Assembly: GCA_018664825.1 (NCBI GenBank)
Contig: JABJNO010000006.1
Span: 15,157-79,156 of the forward strand
Reading direction: 5' to 3'
Length of the DNA: 64,000 bases
From: Candidatus Parcubacteria bacterium
GTDB lineage: Bacteria; Patescibacteriota; Patescibacteriia; UBA1558; GWA2-36-10
Under the pieces are notes generated by a model that was not told the DNA's origin, made no database searches, and saw only the letters and a list, made by a program, of their open reading frames with translations. Shown here piece by piece: positions 1-9,552 of this stretch. How positions within the stretch are numbered: position 1 is the stretch's first letter; every line of letters starts with the position of its first letter. The position numbers and the translations under genes are program-made.

Positions 1-597
1 ACTGCTGTAGCTGCCGGTCGTAAGGAAGCCGCTTCTGCCAATCAGGCAGAGATGGTAGCCCAAGCTGCTGGTAAGCAGGCCGATCTGCTGGCCGATGCTG
101 CTGGTGTCGAAGCTGCTGGTAAAGCTGTCGGTGCGGCCATTCTGGCCAAGCTGGGTGCTGAAGCTGATGGCGCAGACAAGAAGAACAAGGCTCTGGCCAA
201 CCTGTCCGATGGTGCCAAGCTGATCATGGTCTTGGAGAAGCTGCCGACTATCATCGAAGAGATCGGTGAAGCTGGCGAACGCGTCGTGGGTTCGGCCTTT
301 GAGCATGTTGGCTCTGGCCTGGCTGGTATCGATGGCGTCAAGATCGTGGACTTCGGTGGTGGCGGTGGTAACGGTTCCGCTGTTGCCGATCATGCTCTGA
401 ATATCCCCCGAATCGTCTTCAAGACGATGGCGGGATTGAAGGAACTGGGCATCAACCCTGAAGATCTGTTCTCCAAGCTGGGCATCGATATGTCCCAGGT
501 GGAAAACATTCTCAGTGGTGCTCTTACGACCAACAAAGATGTGACTCCTGCTCCCGAGCAGGAGACCGAGACCGAGACCGCTCCGGTCGAAGCTTAG
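1..597 (+). CDS. SPFH/flotillin family protein, C-terminal part (5' truncated by window)
   Basis: Ala/Glu/Lys-rich coiled segment (AEADGADKKNKAL) then LEKLPTIIEE..AFEHVGSGLAGIDGVKIVDFGGG, typical of flotillin C-termini; GC-rich codon usage. Confidence 0.7.
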   Translation, partial: TAVAAGRKEAASANQAEMVAQAAGKQADLLADAAGVEAAGKAVGAAILAKLGAEADGADKKNKALANLSDGAKLIMVLEKLPTIIEEIGEAGERVVGSAFEHVGSGLAGIDGVKIVDFGGGGGNGSAVADHALNIPRIVFKTMAGLKELGINPEDLFSKLGIDMSQVENILSGALTTNKDVTPAPEQETETETAPVEA

Positions 598-620
598 TCC
601 AAGCTGGACTATATCCGTAA

Positions 621-646
621 GGGAGTTGGTCTCCAGACCAACTCCC
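621..646 (+). other. Intergenic stem-loop without U-tract
   Basis: gggagttggtct-cc-agaccaactccc perfect inverted repeat between two co-oriented genes. Confidence 0.6.
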
Positions 647-675
647 TCACTCAATCCTCCAGCAAGGAGTAAGTC

Positions 676-1473
676 ATGAGAGAACGTGAATCTGGTCGTC
701 GTGGTCTACGCGACAATGATCGTGGAAGCGATCGACGTCGTAATGATCACACCGACGATCCTCCTCCTCCCCGTGAGGAAGTGGATACGCATCATGAGGA
801 GCGTAGAACCACTACTGCTCCCCGCCGAAACACTGAATCCGAAAGGGTCACTCCTCCGCCAACTGAGCGCGTTGCTCCAGTTGCAGCAAAAGTTGCTGAG
901 GAAGAGCCGACCAATTCTGTCATCAGTGCTGATGAACTGGCTCGCAACGGCTATACCAGTGAAGCTCCCTGGGAAAATCTTCCCGCGGACGTCGTGGTAA
1001 TCTGCTGTAGCGATCAGCGATTTGGTCGTCAAAACCGTGAATTCCTGCGAGCCCTGGGTTTCCAGAGTCCGCATTTCATCCAGATTCCTTCGGGACTGGC
1101 TGTATTCCACGGTCTGGCCGCGGTAAGTGGATTTTTGCCCAAAGGCATGAATCTTCTGCTCGATAAGGCGATCGATCTGACTGGCGTCAAAGACGTCATC
1201 TGTATCGCTCACCATGACTGTGGTGGCTACAAAGCTGGTCGCTTCGAAGTGATCGGCAAGCTGACTCGCCGTCTGGCTGGCATGGACATCCAAGATGTCC
1301 AGACCGAACAGCTCCACAGAGCTGCTCGTGACGTCCAACTCAGAATGGGCAATGACACGACTGTTCGTGCATTCTACTCCGACGTAGTCGGAAACGAAGG
1401 CGACCAGCAGGTCAAGTTCAGCGAAATTGATCTGATTCAGCGTAGTCTACGCAAAAAGCGCAAGGCAAGCTAA
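676..1473 (+). CDS. Beta-carbonic-anhydrase-like protein with disordered Arg/Asp/Pro-rich N-terminus
   Basis: CCSDQRF and AHHDCGGY match the CxDxR / HxxC Zn ligands of beta-CA; AAGGAG RBS upstream. Confidence 0.7.
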   Translation: MRERESGRRGLRDNDRGSDRRRNDHTDDPPPPREEVDTHHEERRTTTAPRRNTESERVTPPPTERVAPVAAKVAEEEPTNSVISADELARNGYTSEAPWENLPADVVVICCSDQRFGRQNREFLRALGFQSPHFIQIPSGLAVFHGLAAVSGFLPKGMNLLLDKAIDLTGVKDVICIAHHDCGGYKAGRFEVIGKLTRRLAGMDIQDVQTEQLHRAARDVQLRMGNDTTVRAFYSDVVGNEGDQQVKFSEIDLIQRSLRKKRKAS

Positions 1474-1504
1474 GTCAATCAAGTTTCTTGAAAAAGCAAC
1501 AACA

Positions 1505-1543
1505 AAGGCCCGGGAAGTAAAACTTCTCGGGCCTCTTTATTTT
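1505..1543 (+). terminator. Rho-independent terminator
   Basis: aggcccgggaag...cttctcgggcct followed by T-rich tract. Confidence 0.8.
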
Positions 1544-1546
1544 CCC

Positions 1547-1569
1547 GTCCTGAGCGTAGTCGAATGGAC
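1547..1569. repeat. REP-like palindrome (CCTGAGC..AGTCGAA.GG family)
   Basis: gtcctgagcgtagtcgaatggac; related copies at 6803, 12123-12230, 60899, 63179. Confidence 0.7.
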
Positions 1570-1580
1570 GGTTTTTTATT

Positions 1581-3545
1581 TTAAAAAATTACTTGATAAC
1601 CATCACTAACATTAGCATCTTCATCTACTACAAATAAATAAGCTGTACCGCCATCAAGGCTTCCAATATTGGCTGTAAATTGAATCGCCGTATCACCCCA
1701 GCTAGAATAGGACTGTATTTCACAGTGGGTAGCTAAATCTTTATTTTGATTATTACAAAGTTCAACTCTAGACCAGGAGCTATCAACATAAATATCATCA
1801 ATATAAAAATCATCACGATCAGTCCCAGAGTCCCACCAAGAATTGTAAAAACCAACAATAAATGGTCGTTTTAATTCTGAGAAATCTTCTCGTGTTTTGA
1901 TAGTAGTATCTTCCAGAATCAAATTGCCATCTCTCCACATTCGAATAACTCCATTATTGATATTGACGTCTGATTCTTGATATTCAAACTGAAAAAGATG
2001 CCAAGCATCAAGTGATATGTTGTCTATATTATCAAAACTTCCACCAAAACCATCAGTCACGTGTTCGGTGCTATAAATAAGACCTCCTCCTCCATAGCCC
2101 TGACTAGCTATGACAAAGTTTTCATTTATACTTCCTGGATTCCATAAACGGAAAAATTTCACATTAGCCAAAGAAGCATCGTAGCTCTCATCTCTTTCTT
2201 CGTTTGGCAACCAACCATCTCTTCCCCAGTCCCAGTTTTCATCCAATTTGAACCAATATTGTACAAACCATTTTTCAGACAAAGGACTGCCAGCACCCTT
2301 AAAGTAACCAAGGCCCTCTTGTAGGTTTCCTTGAAAATTATGAGTCCCACTGTATTGAGAATTTATATGCCTAGCTTCTGTGCCCACACTCAAATGATTT
2401 ATTGATCCCCAATTCTCACTAAAAGAACCCGACTCTACATCGTCCCAAACAACAGGACTATCCGTTGTCTTGGTAGTAAATGCACTACCACCAATAGTAT
2501 AACTCTGACCATGACTCAAGGTATCAGCAGACAAAGAGCTGATACTTGGCTCATCTGGAGTTGGGCAAGACAAGTCACTACCACTACAATCCTCATCCAC
2601 GCCATTGCCACAAATATCAGTAGCTCCTGGATTTATACTGGCATTATTATCATTGCAATCCAATGAAACATTGTAACCATCTGAATCACCATCGCACAAA
2701 CCACAGTCAGTAGAACAAGATGAACAGCTTTCTGTAGCGTTGCAAATATTATCACCGCAGTATGGGCCAGGAGTTGGCTCTGGATCTGGGTCTGGAATAG
2801 GATCTGGGTCTGGGTCTGGTTCGGGGTCAGGAGTTGGCCCTGGTGTTGGAGGTGGAGAAAAATAATAAGCTGGCATATAACCAGATAAGTTTATTTCTTC
2901 TCCTGTGATTGTCTCGCCAATAGAATAATCCACCAAACTATCAATTTCTATTACATTTGAAAGATTAAAATTGTTGGCTCCAAAAACATTCATACTGTTA
3001 AATTTACGAACATTGCCAACTTCAGAGACATAATATATGTCACCATCTTTTTTTATCAATGTTCCTCTTGGATATAAGTTTGATAAGTCTATATCCACTC
3101 GATAACTTGATGCAAAATACCCGGGAATAACATCCATAACCTTTGTATACCAATTCGCTCCATAAAGTGACTCAGCTATTTCGGCTGTAGGTATCCAATG
3201 GATAGCACCATCAAGATCAACTGCGTAAATTTTGGCTGTATTTTGATGGGTAATCAATTTTGTTCCTGCTCTATAAGGAATAGCTCCGCCATCTGGATAC
3301 TTATCAAGTTCAGTCACACTTACCCTGACCACATCATCAAAATTTTCATGCCAAGTAAAATATGTTTTATCATCTGGGAAGATATACTTTGCGCCATCTG
3401 AGCCAACATAATAAACAGCTGTACTCTCAACGCCCTCCAGAGCAAGTAAAGACCCTGGCCCATAGTTACCTTCTGCTTTGGTGGTAACTATCTGAAATGC
3501 ACCAAGGCTAAAAATAATAACTACTAATAAAATTAATTTTTTCAT
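1581..3545 (-). CDS. Secreted multidomain surface protein (N-terminal repeat domain, Pro/Asp linker, Cys-rich metal-binding motif, LamG/polysaccharide-lyase-like C-terminus)
   Basis: Signal peptide MKKLILL; PDPEPDP linker; DCNDNNASINPGATDICGNGVDEDCSG (MopE-like motif); WHLFQFEY..GVIRMWRDG..YIDDIYV (LamG-like). Confidence 0.65.
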   Translation of the reverse strand: MKKLILLVVIIFSLGAFQIVTTKAEGNYGPGSLLALEGVESTAVYYVGSDGAKYIFPDDKTYFTWHENFDDVVRVSVTELDKYPDGGAIPYRAGTKLITHQNTAKIYAVDLDGAIHWIPTAEIAESLYGANWYTKVMDVIPGYFASSYRVDIDLSNLYPRGTLIKKDGDIYYVSEVGNVRKFNSMNVFGANNFNLSNVIEIDSLVDYSIGETITGEEINLSGYMPAYYFSPPPTPGPTPDPEPDPDPDPIPDPDPEPTPGPYCGDNICNATESCSSCSTDCGLCDGDSDGYNVSLDCNDNNASINPGATDICGNGVDEDCSGSDLSCPTPDEPSISSLSADTLSHGQSYTIGGSAFTTKTTDSPVVWDDVESGSFSENWGSINHLSVGTEARHINSQYSGTHNFQGNLQEGLGYFKGAGSPLSEKWFVQYWFKLDENWDWGRDGWLPNEERDESYDASLANVKFFRLWNPGSINENFVIASQGYGGGGLIYSTEHVTDGFGGSFDNIDNISLDAWHLFQFEYQESDVNINNGVIRMWRDGNLILEDTTIKTREDFSELKRPFIVGFYNSWWDSGTDRDDFYIDDIYVDSSWSRVELCNNQNKDLATHCEIQSYSSWGDTAIQFTANIGSLDGGTAYLFVVDEDANVSDGYQVIF

Positions 3546-3549
3546 ATTT

Positions 3550-4233
3550 TTATTCTTTTCTTTCTGCCACAACATAAATGATAAAAGCTCCTAAAATAAC
3601 AACGATAAATATTCCTAGCATAAAATAAAGCATTTTTGTATTTGAATCTTGCACCGGATCTTGCTGAAATACCAAAGGATCCTCTTCACCAGAATCATCT
3701 AGATGTATCACGTTGGGAGCAGACGGCATCATTTGTCTTTTGTCATTTTGTCTTTCGTTATTAGGATAAATTGGCTTACTTGGTGCATCTATCTGCTCTT
3801 CTCGAGTTTCAATAGTAAAATAAAGTTTTACAGCAGCTGAAATTTTTAGACCTCCTTGAGTAATAGGAGTAGCCTCAAGAAAAGCAAAATAATCACCCTC
3901 TTTTGCATCAGTTGGCAAATCTAGAAAAATATTTACTTCTCTTTTATCTCCTGCTTCAAGGAAAAAAATTTCAGGATCAAATTTTATCCATGACTCATCT
4001 GGTTGCAGCTCTTCTGCACTATCAGAAAAAGAAACGCTCATCTGAAAATCAACAGGATCGCTTCCTGTATTCAATACCTGTACTGCTTCCAGCTGGTATG
4101 TATCCCCTGCCTGGAGATTTTTGTCCAAATCAATTTTACCAGTACCAACTCCTACTCCTACTCCTAAACCAGCCAAAGATGCTATAGGGATAGCAATGGC
4201 CAATAAAGTTGTAATTAAAAATAATTTTTTCAT
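3550..4233 (-). CDS. Membrane-anchored secreted protein with Ig/chaperone-like domain
   Basis: Signal peptide, VLNTG..WIKFDPEIFFLEAG..LPTDAKEGDY, C-terminal TM helix. Confidence 0.55.
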   Translation of the reverse strand: MKKLFLITTLLAIAIPIASLAGLGVGVGVGTGKIDLDKNLQAGDTYQLEAVQVLNTGSDPVDFQMSVSFSDSAEELQPDESWIKFDPEIFFLEAGDKREVNIFLDLPTDAKEGDYFAFLEATPITQGGLKISAAVKLYFTIETREEQIDAPSKPIYPNNERQNDKRQMMPSAPNVIHLDDSGEEDPLVFQQDPVQDSNTKMLYFMLGIFIVVILGAFIIYVVAERKE

Positions 4234-4299
4234 AATTTTATTTAATAATATGTTTTTATTGTACCAAAAAATCGCCTATTCGGCGATTTTTATAATTTA

Positions 4300-5061
4300 T
4301 TAGCTGTGTGGCAAAATAATACCGACAAAATACATCAGTAATACTCCTACTACTAGCCAAATTGAATGAGAAATAATATTTTTCTTGTTTTCTCCATGAT
4401 GAAGCTCTGGAATCAAATCAGCAGTAGCCAAGTATATAAAATTACCAGCTGCAAAAGCCAAAACGAGTGGAATAATATTTTGCAAAGTACTACCAAAATA
4501 ATAAAATAATAAAGCTCCAAGCACAGCTATCAGGGCTGTCACTAGATTATAAAAAATTGCCTTAGCCTTTGATAATCCTGCATAAAGTAAGACTCCAAAA
4601 TCAGAAATTTCTTGGGGTATCTCATGAAGTACTACCGCCAAAGTGACCATCAGGCCAGCATGAAAATCTATCAAAAAAGCAGAGGCTATCAAAGCACCGT
4701 CAACAAAATTGTGAATACCATCACCCACCAAGTTGATAAGGGCCAAATTCTTTTTATCTTTTGTGTTTGGCTTGCCGTGATCCTCACAATGACAATGATG
4801 CCAGTGAAATACTCTTTCTAATAAAAAGAAAAATACAATACTAACAAGTACAACCATCATGATTTGATGAACATCGTAAATTTCTGCCTCAATGGCCTCG
4901 GGCAACATATCCAAAAGAGAAACAGAAAGTAGTGCTCCAGCTGCCACAGAAATCAAGGCTTTGAGAAAACTCTTTTTATTGTCTTTTTTGAAAATGACTA
5001 AAATCCCTACCAATGAGATAAGGCTGACAAAAATTGTAGCTAACAAAATGTTTAATAACAT
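4300..5061 (-). CDS. ZIP family divalent metal transporter
   Basis: Multiple TMs, His-rich loop HWHHCHCEDH, GDGIHNFVDG and HEIPQEISDFG signature motifs. Confidence 0.93.
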   Translation of the reverse strand: MLLNILLATIFVSLISLVGILVIFKKDNKKSFLKALISVAAGALLSVSLLDMLPEAIEAEIYDVHQIMMVVLVSIVFFFLLERVFHWHHCHCEDHGKPNTKDKKNLALINLVGDGIHNFVDGALIASAFLIDFHAGLMVTLAVVLHEIPQEISDFGVLLYAGLSKAKAIFYNLVTALIAVLGALLFYYFGSTLQNIIPLVLAFAAGNFIYLATADLIPELHHGENKKNIISHSIWLVVGVLLMYFVGIILPHS

Positions 5062-5078
5062 GAACTATCTTATCTTAA

Positions 5079-5126
5079 TAATAACTTGGCCCAGGCCACC
5101 CTCTCTGGCTCCGCCACTCACCTTGC
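5079..5126 (-). promoter_or_regulatory. Conserved structured 5' leader, copy 1 (candidate cis-regulatory RNA)
   Basis: 48 nt, 43/48 identical to 6735-6782; lies between an extended -10 (TGATATAAT) and the ZIP start. Confidence 0.6.
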
Positions 5127-5185
5127 CTTTATTATATCAAAAAACCCCGCCAGAAGCGAGGTTTGAATATTTTCATTGCCTATAA

Positions 5186-5437
5186 TCAAGTATTGCTATT
5201 TTTTTCTTTCTCTATAGCCTCTTCGATAAGCTTAATTTTATCTATCCACTCTTGTGGTGCGCTTCCTTTTGTTTCTTCTCTTACTATTTTTGCAGCTTGA
5301 AGTGATCCATTTTTATTTCTCAGCCATTTCAAATACCCACCTCCTGAATATTTGGTCCTGTTGATTTCTAAGGTTTCAGGTGTAATTTCATCAAATTTAT
5401 CTTCGTCGCTTTTGAATAATGATTTAAAAAAATTCAT
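5186..5437 (-). CDS. Hypothetical protein, 83 aa (copy 1 of duplicated gene)
   Basis: 75/83 aa identical to 9297-9548; start set at MNFFKSLF by alignment. Confidence 0.75.
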   Translation of the reverse strand: MNFFKSLFKSDEDKFDEITPETLEINRTKYSGGGYLKWLRNKNGSLQAAKIVREETKGSAPQEWIDKIKLIEEAIEKEKNSNT

Positions 5438-5442
5438 ATTTT

Positions 5443-6156
5443 TTATTTTAATATTGTACCTCCCCACTCTACAACAGCAAAACCTTCTCTGTTGAATGTT
5501 TCTATTGTTTGTGGTTGCAACTCTACCATTTCATCCAATGATTTAAATACTACAAAAACACGCAAAACTGAATCCGGCTTAGGATCTATATCCAATTCTG
5601 CTCTGTCATGATATTCCTCCTTAGTAGCAAAATGAACTAAATTATATTTATTATTCAATAATTGTGGTAACCAATAAACAATAAATTCATTATACTCTTT
5701 TGGAGTTAGGCCGATTTCAGCTAACTTTTCTTGTAGAAAAAATACTGTTTCCTCTCCACTCACAACAAAGCCCGTAGACAAATCATAGTCCACATCTTTG
5801 TTGGATTCTCCCTCCCAAAAAAGATAACTATATTCTCTGTTGTCTTTTAGGTTGATGATTTTACTATCTGGATAAGCAAAGACATTCCAACCATTTTCAT
5901 ATTCTGGATATGTAACTGTAAAAGTGCCCTGATAATTTAGTTGAACATCAATATTTTGAGCTTGAGTTGGATAAAGATAAATAACCGGCTTCCACTCATC
6001 ATAAGGGCCTCCCGGAGGCGAAGATGGTGGCGTAGTTGAGCTCACCTCTTGGACTGGTGGGCTTATCGGCTCTATGTTTTCTGGTTCACTTGTATCTGTT
6101 GTACAAGCTGCACCCATCAGTAATGGAATGATTAAAACTAATAATAATTTTTTCAT
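5443..6156 (-). CDS. Conserved hypothetical lipoprotein (KPVIYLYP family)
   Basis: Lipobox LMGAAC; KPVIYLYP, YSYLFWEG, EFIVYWLP, VVEWGG motifs. Confidence 0.7.
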   Translation of the reverse strand: MKKLLLVLIIPLLMGAACTTDTSEPENIEPISPPVQEVSSTTPPSSPPGGPYDEWKPVIYLYPTQAQNIDVQLNYQGTFTVTYPEYENGWNVFAYPDSKIINLKDNREYSYLFWEGESNKDVDYDLSTGFVVSGEETVFFLQEKLAEIGLTPKEYNEFIVYWLPQLLNNKYNLVHFATKEEYHDRAELDIDPKPDSVLRVFVVFKSLDEMVELQPQTIETFNREGFAVVEWGGTILK

Positions 6157-6178
6157 GATTTTATTTTGAAAACACCTT

Positions 6179-6724
6179 TTATTTTTTATTAATATATTTC
6201 CTAGGAGCTTTATATACAAACCAGTCTTCTTTGGTTATCTCATAAAAATAATCCGCTTCTTCAACTAATATTCTTGCTGCAGTTTTCTTTACGGCTGCTA
6301 TTTCTACTCTGACTCCCTCACCCTTCAGATGAGACACCAGATCTACATAATCAGAATCTCCAGACATTATTATGATAGTATCAACTTTTGAAGCAAGCTG
6401 TGTAGCTTTGATAGTCAAAGGTATATCTGCTGATTTATGACATGGTATCACTGACCCATAATAATTTTCATGTAACCTTTCTGCAAATTTGGATGAGATG
6501 GATTTCCCTTCACGAAAATATAACAACCTATTCAAACCCCTGCCATTCAATAATTTTGGAATAACTTTATCAAAATCAATCATTGCGCTTTTATTTTTAG
6601 AAACATCGTGAATACTTCTCTCGATATTATTTCCATCACAAAGTATGGCCACAGATTGGTTTATGACCTGTTGTCTTACTTCTGGAATTAAATCGTTGGA
6701 TACTTGATTATTTTTTATCATCAT
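6179..6724 (-). CDS. NYN domain (LabA/DUF88, PIN-like) protein
   Basis: ILCDGNNI, KSADIPL, IIMSGDSDYVDLV..GVRVEI..EADYF motifs. Confidence 0.85.
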   Translation of the reverse strand: MMIKNNQVSNDLIPEVRQQVINQSVAILCDGNNIERSIHDVSKNKSAMIDFDKVIPKLLNGRGLNRLLYFREGKSISSKFAERLHENYYGSVIPCHKSADIPLTIKATQLASKVDTIIIMSGDSDYVDLVSHLKGEGVRVEIAAVKKTAARILVEEADYFYEITKEDWFVYKAPRKYINKK

Positions 6725-6734
6725 AATATTTATT

Positions 6735-6782
6735 TAATAACATGGCCCAGGCCACCCTCTCTGGCCTTGCCATTCACCTTGC
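6735..6782 (-). promoter_or_regulatory. Conserved structured 5' leader, copy 2
   Basis: Near-identical to 5079-5126; follows extended -10 TGATATACT. Confidence 0.6.
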
Positions 6783-6861
6783 GTTCAGTATATCAAAAAA
6801 CCATCCTAAGCGATAGCCGAATGGATGATTCTTTGATTGGTCTCATATAGACGCAAATATA

Positions 6862-8268
6862 TTACCCACCAATACCTTGTCCTTCATAAAGAATTGTACC
6901 AATATCATCTCGTAATATATGGACCTCATACCAAAGGTCGTCTGTGTTTTCAATAGAAAAAAGCGCCTTCCAATACCAATCACCTTCATTTGAACCAGTT
7001 TCTACAGAATATTCAATATCACCCAAATTTTCATATTTGTTAATAAAATCTGCCAATACCTTACTTTTTCTTCTGGCCCAAATTGTAGCATCGGTTGAAT
7101 TATTTATTGGTAAAACAATTTCCTTGGGATACAAATCATGGCATTCATAAAAATCAACTTCCGCATCACGGCAATCATCATAGGTTGTATCTGTTTCTGT
7201 TATTTTTCCATTGTCATATATATACGCTCCATACTCATTCGTTGTGTTCCTTTTTATCTTTACAACATAACAATTTACACAATCCAATGACTCAGCTGAA
7301 AGTATAGTAGCATCACCGGTCCATCCTAAGTGCTCTGCTACAAATCTCAAAACATCCTTTGGCTCTTTTTTCCATGCACGTAAACATACCCGGGCTTCCT
7401 CGGTCCATCTATAGCCTGCCAAATAATCACATCCATATTTCTCATCATTGGATTTGCGTTCTTCTACTTTTACTTTTTGTTGAATTTTTTTGTAGCTACC
7501 ATAATATACAATACCAGCCTCTATTATCTGAATAACAAATAACATTAGGAAAAGAATAATCAATGCATTTATTACTTTTCGTCTACTTTTTGTAAGAATC
7601 GCAATTGTGCCAATGATCCAAATTAAATAAACCATTGTCTCAATCCAAGACCCAACCACTCTTTCTTCGGTACAATCATCACCACTAATCGGGCAAAGCA
7701 GAGTAAGTGGAGCATAAAAAATATTTAATACTGGGAGCTCATACAATCGTAATAATATATTCTTTTCTTCAGGCCAATAAATATCATTGGATCTTTTTAT
7801 GTGCCTTATATAATAATCATACATGTATTTTTTGTACACGCCTTCAGTGTCTGTGGCAAAATATTTTTTCTCCTCAAGATATTCATCAGAAGGATTACCA
7901 GATATTGTAACAAGGGGTACGGCATAAGGATCAAATACCATAATCTCTTCTCCTGCAGATAACTTTGGAGAATGTATGTCAGATTTGATTATAACATCTT
8001 TTGAATCAACGCTTGCAGTGTAAAAATCACCCAAGCCTCCTTCATATTTTTCGTCTTGCAAAACTTCCAGAATCTTCATTTCCTTGATATCCTCTTCTGG
8101 CGCATCATATACTATAGGAGTGATAATTAAAGGAAAAATAATAACAAGCAAAGTCAAAATCAAAATAATTATTTTTTTATTAAAAAATTTAAATTTATTA
8201 TTTTCCATTAGCTCCTCTTGAGGTGCTGGATTGTACTCTTGTTGAATTTTAAATTCTTGTTCTTCCAT
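6862..8268 (-). CDS. Hypothetical membrane protein with Cys-containing extracellular motifs
   Basis: Long ORF, 3 TM segments, GCDYLAGYRWTEEARVCLRAW motif; N-terminus resembles 12267-13802. Confidence 0.65.
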   Translation of the reverse strand: MEEQEFKIQQEYNPAPQEELMENNKFKFFNKKIIILILTLLVIIFPLIITPIVYDAPEEDIKEMKILEVLQDEKYEGGLGDFYTASVDSKDVIIKSDIHSPKLSAGEEIMVFDPYAVPLVTISGNPSDEYLEEKKYFATDTEGVYKKYMYDYYIRHIKRSNDIYWPEEKNILLRLYELPVLNIFYAPLTLLCPISGDDCTEERVVGSWIETMVYLIWIIGTIAILTKSRRKVINALIILFLMLFVIQIIEAGIVYYGSYKKIQQKVKVEERKSNDEKYGCDYLAGYRWTEEARVCLRAWKKEPKDVLRFVAEHLGWTGDATILSAESLDCVNCYVVKIKRNTTNEYGAYIYDNGKITETDTTYDDCRDAEVDFYECHDLYPKEIVLPINNSTDATIWARRKSKVLADFINKYENLGDIEYSVETGSNEGDWYWKALFSIENTDDLWYEVHILRDDIGTILYEGQGIGG

Positions 8269-8282
8269 GTTTTTATTTTTAA

Positions 8283-9212
8283 TTATAGCCACTTTTTTTT
8301 ATAAAATAAGAAAAGAAAAGCTGCTATTCCAAATGAGGAAAAAAACAAAACATAGAGAAAAGCAAACTTGCTGCCCGCTAAAGGCAGCTCAACATTCATA
8401 CCATAAAGACTAGCTATAATAGTTGGGATAGTCATAACAATAGTGAAGGCTGTAAGAAACTGGATAATTTTATTTAAACGATTAGTAAAAAGAATCTGAT
8501 AAGATTCCCGCAAACTCTTAATACTTTTTAGGTTAACCTGACAAATGTCTACTGATTGTCGAATACTATTTAACATATCATCAAACAAATCCTGGTCTTC
8601 TCTATAAAATTTTAGATAACTACTACTCATTAAATTTTCAAATAAATTTCTCATGGGTATCAAAGCTGAGATATATTGATTGAGAACATCTTCGTGGTTG
8701 ATTAGTTCACTAATATCAGAATTTTTAATATTCTCAATATGCTTCTTTTTGGACAAAACCTCATAACTAATCTCTTTAACTCTATTAGTAAAACTTCTAG
8801 AAACTTTTAGGAGCACATAAACCAACATCTTACCTCTTTGAGTAGTAGCAATTGATAGGCTGTTTTTTTGTATTTCTTTTATTATACTATTCTTTTCAGC
8901 AGAAATAGTAATAAAATATTTACTATTAATAATAATAGCCAATGGTACAGTATGAATAAATTTATGATCACTATTTTTTATTATCGGTGTCCTAATAAAT
9001 AAAATTATGCTCTTATTGTGCCTTTCCATACGAGGCAACTCTTGTAAATCTAAGGTATCTTGTAAATCTAAAAGACTTAAATCAGTTAATTTGGTTATAT
9101 CCTCTAAATCATTATGCTCTGCATGATTAATATTTATCCAAGAACCTTCCCGAATTTTTTGAACTTTTTTTAACCTTTTACTTTGAGCCGTTTTAAAATA
9201 TACTTTCAACAT
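8283..9212 (-). CDS. corA: CorA family Mg2+ transporter
   Basis: PRMER, TIPTIIASLYGMNVELP (GMN motif), two C-terminal TMs ending KKKWL. Confidence 0.92.
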   Translation of the reverse strand: MLKVYFKTAQSKRLKKVQKIREGSWININHAEHNDLEDITKLTDLSLLDLQDTLDLQELPRMERHNKSIILFIRTPIIKNSDHKFIHTVPLAIIINSKYFITISAEKNSIIKEIQKNSLSIATTQRGKMLVYVLLKVSRSFTNRVKEISYEVLSKKKHIENIKNSDISELINHEDVLNQYISALIPMRNLFENLMSSSYLKFYREDQDLFDDMLNSIRQSVDICQVNLKSIKSLRESYQILFTNRLNKIIQFLTAFTIVMTIPTIIASLYGMNVELPLAGSKFAFLYVLFFSSFGIAAFLFLFYKKKWL

Positions 9213-9296
9213 GTTTATCTTTTTATTTTAATATTACTCTCAGTATATCAAAAAACCCCACCAGAAGCGAGGTTTAAATATTTTCATTGGCTATAA

Positions 9297-9548
9297 TCAA
9301 ATATTGTTATTTTTTTCTTTCTCTATAGCCTCTTCGATAAGTTTAATTTTATCTATCCACTCTTGTGGTGCGCTTCCCTTTGTTTCTTCCCTTATTATCT
9401 TTGCAGCTTGAAGTGGCCCATTTTTATTTTGCAGCCATTTCAAATATCCACCACCTGAATATTTAATCCTATTGATTTCTAATGTTTCTGGTGTAATTTC
9501 ATCAAACTTATCTTTGTCGCTTTTGAATAATGATTTAAAAATATTCAT
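9297..9548 (-). CDS. Hypothetical protein, 83 aa (copy 2 of duplicated gene)
   Basis: 75/83 aa identical to 5186-5437; downstream non-coding DNA also duplicated. Confidence 0.75.
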   Translation of the reverse strand: MNIFKSLFKSDKDKFDEITPETLEINRIKYSGGGYLKWLQNKNGPLQAAKIIREETKGSAPQEWIDKIKLIEEAIEKEKNNNI

Positions 9549-9552
9549 AATT

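Noticed and set aside
42-1338. Long alternative ORFs (42-341, 686-1000, 706-1338)
   Set aside because: Shadows of the GC-rich flotillin and CA-like genes; no motifs or RBS
2765-2855. Short tandem repeats (ggatctgggtct...)
   Set aside because: Encode the Pro/Asp linker of a surface protein; not CRISPR
5079-5126. Resemblance of the leader to ZMP/ZTP (GCCUGGGC) or yybP-ykoY riboswitches
   Set aside because: Too short and lacks the other conserved stems; kept as an unknown motif
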